Below are positions 40,047 through 48,059 of a DNA stretch of 64,000 nucleotides, one piece after another; position 1 is the first letter of the stretch; the number at the start of each line of letters is the position of its first letter. Made by a program: the position numbers and the translations under genes. This stretch comes from Cyanobacteriota bacterium (GTDB lineage: Bacteria; Cyanobacteriota; Cyanobacteriia; Cyanobacteriales; Nostocaceae): assembly GCA_046045965.1 (NCBI GenBank), contig JBJOKS010000002.1, positions 32,001 to 96,000 on the forward strand, written 5' to 3'. Below the pieces are notes generated by a model, which had not been told where the DNA came from, did not search any database, and saw only the letters and a list, made by a program, of their open reading frames with translations.

Positions 40047-41282
40047 ATGGATGAAAAACATAGTTATGCAGTTGAGAGCTTCTTTACTGGTAATGCTTTC
40101 AATACTAGACTGATGGAAGTGGAAACTGCTAGACAGGAAAAAGTTAAAAATCAGTTAATTTTTGGGGGATTAATTTTAACTGCACGGATTGTAATTGGTA
40201 TTTTGGGTTGTAGTATTTTGACTTTCATAATCCTATTTTTTGTAGATTCAGGATTTTCTCATATTCTGGCTTCTCTAGTAGGTTCAGGTGTTATTTATGG
40301 GCTAATGCGTGGTATTGATTGGGCTAAAAGTCGTATTAATTTTTTTGTGAAAAAACATAACAATCTACTGTTTTATCTTCGTAAAGATGCAATTGAAGGC
40401 TTTGTAAAAATTATTTTTCCCAATGCAGAACAGATAATATTTGAACCACAGATTTCATCTAAGAATCAGATGCAACCGATATTAGCTAATTTGTTCTACA
40501 ACAAGCTTTATAAATATACAGAGAAAAACACGCTTTCATTTACAATTAATAAACGACCTTTTTACATAGCAGATGTAGAACCTGTATATATACTTAATTC
40601 CCAGAAAGAGTCTATTGAGATTGATAAATTTATGGATAGATATAATAGACAAACTGTGTGTTACTTTAAAGGCATTGCTTATCAAATGGAATATGAAAAA
40701 GAAAATCTCAATAGTAATTTTCTAACATTAATGATTCCTAAAAAAGCTGCACCTAGTCCCACAAAAAAAATCAGAGAAGACCGTAAAACAATTACAGTTA
40801 GTAAAGATTATCCTAGATTGGAACTTTTGAGTAGGGATAAACGCCGCCCAGAAAGATTTATCCAGCGTGGTTATGAGGAATATAGTGTAGAAAACATAGA
40901 AATGGAAGATAACTTCTATGTCTTTACAAACAATGAAAACGCTTCCAGAAAACTACTATCCTATCGGTTTATGGAGAAGATTGCAGAAATTACATCACCA
41001 AAAAAAGAAGAAATATCTCGACCAAAAGTAGTACAATTACTTTTAGGTAATCAGGAAAATACTCCTAATTTCTGGATGCAATTTATCAATATGACTCGCG
41101 GAAATAATAAACCATTACAGAAACTTACAGTTGTAACTACAAATAATAATTTGACTTTTTTTGAGCTAACAGGAGAAAAATCTTGTCAATTAGATAACTT
41201 TCTACACAACTTTCAAAAATTGGAGAACAGATTAAATTCAATAATTACTGCATTAAATGTAGTACCAACCACTGGAAATTGA
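40047..41282 (+). CDS. Membrane protein, DUF3137-like
   Basis: Two N-terminal TMs; VENIEMEDNFYVFTNNENASRKLLSYRFMEKI resembles the DUF3137 core; follows lemA. Confidence 0.55.
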   Translation: MDEKHSYAVESFFTGNAFNTRLMEVETARQEKVKNQLIFGGLILTARIVIGILGCSILTFIILFFVDSGFSHILASLVGSGVIYGLMRGIDWAKSRINFFVKKHNNLLFYLRKDAIEGFVKIIFPNAEQIIFEPQISSKNQMQPILANLFYNKLYKYTEKNTLSFTINKRPFYIADVEPVYILNSQKESIEIDKFMDRYNRQTVCYFKGIAYQMEYEKENLNSNFLTLMIPKKAAPSPTKKIREDRKTITVSKDYPRLELLSRDKRRPERFIQRGYEEYSVENIEMEDNFYVFTNNENASRKLLSYRFMEKIAEITSPKKEEISRPKVVQLLLGNQENTPNFWMQFINMTRGNNKPLQKLTVVTTNNNLTFFELTGEKSCQLDNFLHNFQKLENRLNSIITALNVVPTTGN

Positions 41283-41288
41283 TATGGA

Positions 41289-42035
41289 GTGATAACTATG
41301 GATTTGAATCTTCAAAATATTAATCTCTATATCTCAGAATCTGATGTGGTAAGAACTATCATTAATCAGCGTCTTCAGGAACTAAAATTGCAAGAACCCC
41401 GATTAAAATTAGTTTTTCCACGTGCAACACTCGCTTTTATTTGGTTATTTATGATCCTAGCATCTTCTGTTATGTTGGGAATTTCTGTAATTAGTTTTTC
41501 TCTCAATTTAATAGTGATATCCAAGGTATATTATGACTTTGGTATTTTTCTAGGATGTTTATTGTTAATACCTTTAATAGTTTCTTGGAGAAAATATTTA
41601 CAAACAACAAAAAACCACAAAAAGCAATTGCGTTTATCAAGAACAGAACCTATTAATATAATGGAGATAGAACACTATTTTTCTGAACAAAAAAGTAATT
41701 TTATCAGAACATATCAGGAATATGTAAAAAATGTGCATAAAAAGATAGAGAATATAGAAAAAAATCAGCATCTCAGTTCAACCACAGCAGATGAAGTGCA
41801 AAGTTTACAAAATAGAATTTCTCAAGCTATTGATAGACTAGAAATACTGAAAAATGATTACTTTTCACGGTTAGATAATGTGGAATTGGAATTAAAAAAT
41901 AGGCTGATTGACCATAAAAGCGATCAGGAAATAGAAGTAGTTATAGAGTCTCAAATTTTAGTAGAAAGATTAGAAGAAGAGGTAGAAGCTATTAATTATT
42001 ATTTACAAGCTGTGGATGAAATTGGTTGGAGATAA
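41289..42035 (+). CDS. Hypothetical protein, 2 TM plus coiled coil
   Basis: Two hydrophobic helices followed by a heptad-rich charged C-terminus. Confidence 0.7.
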   Translation: MITMDLNLQNINLYISESDVVRTIINQRLQELKLQEPRLKLVFPRATLAFIWLFMILASSVMLGISVISFSLNLIVISKVYYDFGIFLGCLLLIPLIVSWRKYLQTTKNHKKQLRLSRTEPINIMEIEHYFSEQKSNFIRTYQEYVKNVHKKIENIEKNQHLSSTTADEVQSLQNRISQAIDRLEILKNDYFSRLDNVELELKNRLIDHKSDQEIEVVIESQILVERLEEEVEAINYYLQAVDEIGWR

Positions 42036-42096
42036 TTTGCTGTTAGATTTTATCTAAAATTCAAATTTTGTCAACAAAAAATGAGGTAAAAATTTT

Positions 42097-42363
42097 ATGG
42101 GTTGTCTTGCTATTTTCCTAAATTTATTGTTTCCTGGGTTGGGAACTCTGTTATTTACCAATAAAAAAGTTGCAGGATTTATTCAGTTGTTGTTATGTAT
42201 TATTAACGATATCCTGATTTTAGGAACTCTAGGAATTTGGCTTTTCTTTGGTCTGTTCATTCATATAGGATTTTTTGCCTGGGCGTTAGCATCTACCATT
42301 GGTTTTATGAGTGAACGAGCAGCGAAAAAAGCAATTCAAGAAGAGAGGGAACGTCAAGGTTAA
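42097..42363 (+). CDS. Small membrane protein (TM2-like PGLG motif)
   Basis: LNLLFPGLG plus 2-3 TMs; GAGG RBS. Confidence 0.7.
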   Translation: MGCLAIFLNLLFPGLGTLLFTNKKVAGFIQLLLCIINDILILGTLGIWLFFGLFIHIGFFAWALASTIGFMSERAAKKAIQEERERQG

Positions 42364-42484
42364 TTTATGGCAAATTTACCCCATCGCATTCTAATCTAGC
42401 AATAATTTAATATCACGTTTGGTATTTACAAACAACAAAAGGCAGATTTGCCTGTCGTGATGAGATTATAAAAAGGAGAAAATA

Positions 42485-43585
42485 ATGAAGAGATTGACTG
42501 GATACCTCCTGATACTATCATTGTTAGCTAGTTGTGGAAAAAGCCCAGAACAAGCAAGAAAAGACCTGTTTGCAATGGGTTTACAATTTGATAAAAATAC
42601 TTTTTACCAAGTTACATATAAATGCGATCTCCTACCGATTGATGACTTTTTGATAGGAGGAATGGAACCAGGATATGGTTTACTAGGGGCATCTGAAGGT
42701 GGCTGTGTTCAAATTGTCAAGAAGTTAGTTAGTAAAACTAAAGATAAATCCTACTTAGCTAATGCTCTTTATGCTGCTGTAGATCAAGAGCCTCAACCTC
42801 AATACACAGAAATTATTAAGATTTTACTTAATGCAGGAGTAGACCCTAACATTAGTATTGAAAATAAACAATCTTATCTTACTGTTGCAGCAGAGCGAAA
42901 TAATCTGGAAGTAGTGGAATTATTAATTAATAAAGGAGCTAATCCTCAAGATATTGATGGTGTAAACTCCTCAGCTTTAGTTGCTGCTGCTGCTAAGAGC
43001 GAAGAAATCACAAAAATTTTACTTGATAAAGGGGCAAACCCTAGTTCTGTAGGATGTGGTGACAACCATTGCACAGCTTTATCGCAAGCTGTTTTATCAG
43101 GAAATCAAGCGACTGTGAAGTTGTTATTAGATAAGGGAGCAGTGGTTAAAGATGGTAAAGATGGTAACTCTCTGTCATTAGAACAAGCAGTATATATATC
43201 TAATCCAGACCTGATCAAATTATTAGTCAATGCAGGGGCTGATCCCAATCAAAAAGGTTCTTGGAATCATTCTTTACTTGTCGGTGTGGTCAAAAGATAT
43301 GACGTGAATCTACCAATCCTCAAAGCTCTTTTGGAAGCAGGAGCAAAACCTAATGAGGAAGATGGCAACTCTTTGGCTTTGTCTGAAGTAGTACGATATA
43401 GGCAAAATGCTGAAGCAGTAGAACTTTTATTAAAACATGGTGCTAATCCAAATACAATTTCATCGGTTTTTATCAATACACCTAGAACTGTATTGGATGA
43501 GGCTTCAAGTGAAATCGCTGTAATTTTAAAGAAGTATGGAGCAGTTTCTGGTAATCAGCTTAATAAATCAAAACCACAAAGTTAG
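42485..43585 (+). CDS. Ankyrin-repeat lipoprotein
   Basis: Lipobox LLASC; about 7 repeats of L..A....V.LLL..GA.PN; AGGAG RBS. Confidence 0.88.
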   Translation: MKRLTGYLLILSLLASCGKSPEQARKDLFAMGLQFDKNTFYQVTYKCDLLPIDDFLIGGMEPGYGLLGASEGGCVQIVKKLVSKTKDKSYLANALYAAVDQEPQPQYTEIIKILLNAGVDPNISIENKQSYLTVAAERNNLEVVELLINKGANPQDIDGVNSSALVAAAAKSEEITKILLDKGANPSSVGCGDNHCTALSQAVLSGNQATVKLLLDKGAVVKDGKDGNSLSLEQAVYISNPDLIKLLVNAGADPNQKGSWNHSLLVGVVKRYDVNLPILKALLEAGAKPNEEDGNSLALSEVVRYRQNAEAVELLLKHGANPNTISSVFINTPRTVLDEASSEIAVILKKYGAVSGNQLNKSKPQS

Positions 43586-43685
43586 TTTGGTAACAATTTT
43601 AGCAGAAGTGTAGAATGCTAAAAAAACTACCATAAAAATTGCCAAATATTCAAATTATCCAAATAGCCAACACAAGGATTAGTAT

Positions 43686-44165
43686 ATGCAGGTAAATCAA
43701 ATAATTGCTACTGGGTTAATTATCACCAATATTATTTTCTTGTTTTCATCAGTAGCAGAAGCACAAAACACAAAATTTACTGTTGAATGTAATGCAGCTT
43801 TACAAAGGGCAAAAAAACAAATTCAAAAAAATAGAAAAGTCAAAGTTGTTCATACAGATCAAGAAGATATTTCTCAACATTACAAACATGACAAAAGCTA
43901 TCCTCAAAATCGTCCATTTTCCTATGAGTTTGGTTTGAGAGGAGCAGCGACAGAATCTATCTTAAATTCTGATAAGTTATTAACTATAATTGCCAAAGAC
44001 ATTATAGATAATTGTCCATCAATTAGCATGATTAAATTTGGAGAATATGCAACTGATCATGGTGGGGCTATCGGTTTATTGAGAAATAACAAAGTTGAAC
44101 CTTTTGAATGTGTCGATCCAGGAGAAAACATCAAATTAAGTTGGGGACAAATCGTTTGCATTTAG
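43686..44165 (+). CDS. Secreted hypothetical protein
   Basis: Signal peptide ending AEA; four Cys. Confidence 0.7.
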   Translation: MQVNQIIATGLIITNIIFLFSSVAEAQNTKFTVECNAALQRAKKQIQKNRKVKVVHTDQEDISQHYKHDKSYPQNRPFSYEFGLRGAATESILNSDKLLTIIAKDIIDNCPSISMIKFGEYATDHGGAIGLLRNNKVEPFECVDPGENIKLSWGQIVCI

Positions 44166-44208
44166 ATAACAGATAATAGCTAACAAAACTTATTTATTTG
44201 GACAAAAA

Positions 44209-44742
44209 ATGAAAACCTTGTTTATCAACTTCACAATAACAACTGCATTAATTACAGTTATGTCACCTTTAGCATTTGCAGCACCAAAATCAGGATCAAA
44301 ACTTCCTTCAGGTGCTTATTATACTCCAGGAAGTATGTTTAATAATTCTTGGAGAGAGATTTTAAATCGTAATGGAAAAATTTGCATCAAAATAATTGAT
44401 GGACCTCCTAGTAATACAAAAGGACTAGAAGAAATAATGATTAGTAGTGTATCAAATCGAGGAGGTAAACTTTATATTGATGGTAAAAATCAGGAAATTC
44501 AGATAGACAGAGTAAGTAGAAAAAATCCACAGTATGAATTTTTAAGTCCCAGTGACTTTAACAGTATTCTAGCTGCTTTTGGTGATAATACTGGTGGTGC
44601 TGCTGCTTGGGTATTGTTTACAGGAAATAATTCTGATTCTCGTACTACTCCAGAGCAAAATAAGAGAATGCAGGAATGTATAAATACTAAAGGTAAGTAT
44701 GTCCGCAAAATCAAAGGTAGAATGCTGCAAGGACAATTTTAG
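44209..44742 (+). CDS. Secreted hypothetical protein
   Basis: Signal peptide ending AFA. Confidence 0.7.
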   Translation: MKTLFINFTITTALITVMSPLAFAAPKSGSKLPSGAYYTPGSMFNNSWREILNRNGKICIKIIDGPPSNTKGLEEIMISSVSNRGGKLYIDGKNQEIQIDRVSRKNPQYEFLSPSDFNSILAAFGDNTGGAAAWVLFTGNNSDSRTTPEQNKRMQECINTKGKYVRKIKGRMLQGQF

Positions 44743-44833
44743 ATAATAAAAGAATTGAACAAAATGCAAAGAAATTTTAGCCAGTTAACAAGATTTTTGA
44801 TAATGACTTTTGTTAAAATACAGGACTAAATTT

Positions 44834-45340
44834 ATGAAATTTTCCCAGCTTAAAAACATCATTCTATGCTTCATATCTTGGTTTGGCTGGTTAGCATATA
44901 TCATCTGGAGTTTGTGTTATCTGATCTTGATGATATCTGTAGGTGTAGTCATACTAATTATACCCATCATAGCTTATATATTTTTTGCCATTACTTCTGT
45001 TATGTCCAGACTGGTACTAGGAGCGATAGGAATTGGTGATAATTACACTAACTATAATAGCCAATTTGAACTTACTCCCAGCGATAGTATAGGCTATACT
45101 CTGACGAAAGCTATAACATCTATTGTTCGCTTTATCTTTAAGCTAATTTTTGTACTACCTCTTAAATTATTTATTGGTAGTTATACAGGTATGTCAATGG
45201 AAACCCCTATAGCTGAAATTCCGGGTTATATATTAGAAAGTATTAGCTATTTACGTCCTCCACATCGTTTCAGCTTTTACAGTGGTATTATCAGTTTTCC
45301 ATTGATAATTGCAGTCTATTTTTATTTTACTAAAACCTGA
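44834..45340 (+). CDS. Hypothetical membrane protein
   Basis: Several TM segments; ATG 44834 preferred over TTG 44810. Confidence 0.65.
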   Translation: MKFSQLKNIILCFISWFGWLAYIIWSLCYLILMISVGVVILIIPIIAYIFFAITSVMSRLVLGAIGIGDNYTNYNSQFELTPSDSIGYTLTKAITSIVRFIFKLIFVLPLKLFIGSYTGMSMETPIAEIPGYILESISYLRPPHRFSFYSGIISFPLIIAVYFYFTKT

Positions 45341-45356
45341 AAATTTTTCCCCTTTT

Positions 45357-45385
45357 TGCAACACGGAATGAATCTGGTTCGTATA
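45357..45385 (+). promoter_or_regulatory. ECF-like promoter copy 3: TGCAAC-N17-CGTATA
   Basis: -35 at 45357-45362, -10 at 45380-45385; downstream leader identical to copy 2. Confidence 0.78.
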
Positions 45386-45448
45386 TAGATTGTGGACGAT
45401 ATCAAACGTCAATCAATCTGTAAATACAATAATGGGAGGAATAATTAC

Positions 45449-45997
45449 ATGAAAACCAAAATACTATTCAACATGAGCGTGGTTTTAATACTAATTGGTG
45501 TTAATTTACTGCCAGTTTATGCTCAAAAAGACAATAATCGGAGTTATATTGGACTCCGCTACCTTGGTCCCCGTCTTCCTTACACCCTTCCAGTGTACCT
45601 TGACCACCCCAAGGGTATTCAATATTTTGGTAGCTGGACAGTTGACGATGCTGAATATCCAAAACTACCCATATATGGAATCAGTCGTGTTAAAAAGGGA
45701 AACCAGGAAATGTTATGGTTGGAAATGGTTGTAGATAGAGACAGAAAAGGAAATCCAAGTAAATGGTTAGTTCTAGATGTATTCAATGTTCCTAAAACGG
45801 ACAAATCCTCAACTTTTGCCTATTCTTGTCAACGTAATGGTGTTGGTGATCCGGGAATAATTGTGATCGCTAAACTTCAAAATTCCCAAGATTTAAGGCA
45901 AATTCAAAAAGCTTGGCGTGCTAATCAGAAAACAAGAAAGTTTGAACCAATTAGTACCAAAGGTATAGTTTGTCAAAACCTGGATCTTTATCCTTAA
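45449..45997 (+). CDS. Secreted hypothetical protein
   Basis: ATG 45449 with GGGAGGA RBS; signal peptide ending VYA; C-terminal KAWRAN..T.KFEPISTKGIVC. Confidence 0.75.
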   Translation: MKTKILFNMSVVLILIGVNLLPVYAQKDNNRSYIGLRYLGPRLPYTLPVYLDHPKGIQYFGSWTVDDAEYPKLPIYGISRVKKGNQEMLWLEMVVDRDRKGNPSKWLVLDVFNVPKTDKSSTFAYSCQRNGVGDPGIIVIAKLQNSQDLRQIQKAWRANQKTRKFEPISTKGIVCQNLDLYP

Positions 45998-46061
45998 TAC
46001 AGCAATAATAATTCAATTTTTATTAATAGGGATGGTGTAGATTAAATACTAACTCTATAAG

Positions 46062-46256
46062 TCAGCCTCTGGAAACTGCTCTATCGCTAATTTCATCCAT
46101 CAATTTACCAAGAAAATCAACTTCCTCATTCAGATCCTCTCGTAAAAATAAACTAACCAGCGTTACCAAAGATTGCTTTTTCCGTTCTGTTGCTTTTTGA
46201 TAGGCTTGAGCAACTTTAGGACTCACTTTGATTGTAATTTCTTCACTAATCTGCAT
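46062..46256 (-). pseudogene. Probable truncated orphan antitoxin-like small gene
   Basis: ITIKVSPKVAQAY...LMDEISDRAVSRG resembles small cyanobacterial TA antitoxins but ends abruptly; no toxin adjacent. Confidence 0.45.
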
Positions 46257-46323
46257 AGTCAAGACTTGTTGATAGTATTGGTATTATTATATCGGATCAG
46301 GGCGATTGCAGCGATCGCTCTCC

Positions 46324-46363
46324 AAAAAATTATCAACAAATATAAAAAACTATCAACAAATAT
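46324..46363 (+). repeat. 20 bp tandem repeat AAAAAAYTATCAACAAATAT x2 abutting promoter copy 4
   Basis: One mismatch between the copies; inverted core TTGTTGATAG at 46266-46275. Confidence 0.85.
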
Positions 46364-46364
46364 T

Positions 46365-46393
46365 TGCAACACGAGTTAATTATTTTTCGTATA
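46365..46393 (+). promoter_or_regulatory. ECF-like promoter copy 4 (autoregulatory position): TGCAAC-N17-CGTATA
   Basis: -35 at 46365-46370, -10 at 46388-46393; 54 bp before the preferred sigma ATG. Confidence 0.78.
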
Positions 46394-46447
46394 AATAGTA
46401 GAGATATTGTATACTTAATGATGTTATTACTACAATGTCATAAGTCT

Positions 46448-47110
46448 ATGGATGATTTCAACCTCCACCTGCAATCTCTCATTCAAGAAGCTTGCACGTA
46501 CCCCAAAAACACCCCCCAGCATCGTAAAGCAATTAACAATTTGCTCCGATCTCTCCTGAAATCAGGACGTATTTGGAGGCCACCAGCAGGGAATGATAAC
46601 AACAAGGATATTTATGAAGAAGCATTACAAAAAACTCTGATTGATTTAGACAATAAAACATTATTTGAGAAATACGATCCAAATCAAGGTTCATTCCTAC
46701 CTTGGTTTAACAGATGTTTAGAAAACAAGTACAAAGATGAAATAAGAAAAGTTAAGCGTTATCAAAAGCGGATACAGTCTGTCTTAGAAAATGATGAAAT
46801 TTATATTGATCCATCAGAGCAAATTGTTTCTACCATAGATGCAACCTTACTCACTCCAATTTGGGAATCATTTGTACAATGGATTAAAGAAGATCCTGAT
46901 AATATTCTGAAAGATTGTCACATCAGAAATAACCCAAAAGCTAACTGTCAATTATTTGCTGAATTGAACCGTATCCAAGGAAAAAAATGGAAAGAAATAG
47001 CTGATGAAGTTGGATCACCGCAGGGTTCGTTGAGATCCCATTGGAATAGAAAATGTGAACCATTGCTGCAAAAATGGTTAGAAGAAAATCAAAAATTATT
47101 GGGAGAATAA
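46448..47110 (+). CDS. ECF-like sigma-70 family factor (HetZ-related type)
   Basis: Sigma2-like DIYEEALQKTL...KYDPNQGSFLPWFNRCLENKYKDEIRK; sigma4 HTH GKKWKEIADEVGSPQGSLRSHWNR. The track start at 46364 overlaps the -35 box, so ATG 46448 is preferred. Confidence 0.8.
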   Translation: MDDFNLHLQSLIQEACTYPKNTPQHRKAINNLLRSLLKSGRIWRPPAGNDNNKDIYEEALQKTLIDLDNKTLFEKYDPNQGSFLPWFNRCLENKYKDEIRKVKRYQKRIQSVLENDEIYIDPSEQIVSTIDATLLTPIWESFVQWIKEDPDNILKDCHIRNNPKANCQLFAELNRIQGKKWKEIADEVGSPQGSLRSHWNRKCEPLLQKWLEENQKLLGE

Positions 47111-47114
47111 AACT

Positions 47115-48047
47115 ATGAATAATAAACTAGATAAACTAAATGTATTACATGATCTAGCTATTCCCTTTCCCATTAGTGCATCATTTCGTCACCAAGCTAG
47201 AACATACTCAGCACAATATTTTACACCAAATCTTCAACAAAGAATTTATTTGAATACCTTAGCTGTATTTGTTGCTGATGCTTATTTGCGGATGCTCGGT
47301 TTTAAGACTAATCTCAATCAACCAGAAAGATGGAATCCCATCCTTCGTTTATGGAGTGAAGCTAACGAATTAGAATTATTAGGATTGGGTAATTTAGAAT
47401 GTTGTGTGATTGCAAAAGATCAGGAAACATTAATTTTACCATCTGATACTGTTAGTAATAACATCGGCTATTTATTTATAGAAATTGCTGATTCAGAAAA
47501 ACAAGCCGTCTTAATAGGTTTTTTACCTGATTTTGATACTGAAGCTGCTAATGAAGAAGTAAAAATCACCGATTTACAATCTATGGATGATTTAATTGAT
47601 TATTTATCTCAAAAAGAAACATCTTCCCTAGCAGCAACAGCAGCAATTGATGAGCTATCCCTAGAATTTGCTGAAAAAAAAATTACTTATTTAAGAAATT
47701 GGTTGAATAATATTTATGAGGGAGATTGGCAACCCTCAATGCGCGATCTGAAAAATGCTACCTGCAACAAAAATATCTCCCTAGCAGGACAAATATTTAA
47801 AATGCAGCTTTCCGTTTCTCAAAACAGTGAGGAATTAGTTACTGTTAGAGTCATTGTCCAGAGTGAAAATACTCTTTTACCTATGGGTATGCAGGTGAGT
47901 GTACCAGACGAATCTGATATTTATACAGAAACAGTTGATCAACCTGCGGATTTGATATCTATACCCCTAGAATTATCTCCAGGTGATGAATTTTGGGTAG
48001 AATTGCGGTTAGGAGAAACCTTTGTTAGAGAATATTTCATTGCTTAA
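47115..48047 (+). CDS. DUF1822 family protein (candidate anti-sigma factor)
   Basis: YLNTLAV..A..YL..LG, LGNLEC, IGYLFIEI, LIGF and L.NWL......WQ motifs; 4 bp after the sigma stop. Confidence 0.78.
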   Translation: MNNKLDKLNVLHDLAIPFPISASFRHQARTYSAQYFTPNLQQRIYLNTLAVFVADAYLRMLGFKTNLNQPERWNPILRLWSEANELELLGLGNLECCVIAKDQETLILPSDTVSNNIGYLFIEIADSEKQAVLIGFLPDFDTEAANEEVKITDLQSMDDLIDYLSQKETSSLAATAAIDELSLEFAEKKITYLRNWLNNIYEGDWQPSMRDLKNATCNKNISLAGQIFKMQLSVSQNSEELVTVRVIVQSENTLLPMGMQVSVPDESDIYTETVDQPADLISIPLELSPGDEFWVELRLGETFVREYFIA

Positions 48048-48059
48048 ACAGGAGTTTCT

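Noticed and set aside
38345..46310. HIP1 absence as proof of foreign origin
   Set aside because: A similar 8 kb gap occurs in the NRPS region (about 10.4-18.4 kb by eye), so it is not significant without statistics.
45392..46447. Track starts at GTG 45392 and TTG 46364
   Set aside because: They lie in the leader or -35 box of the promoter motif; downstream ATGs (45449, 46448) fit better.
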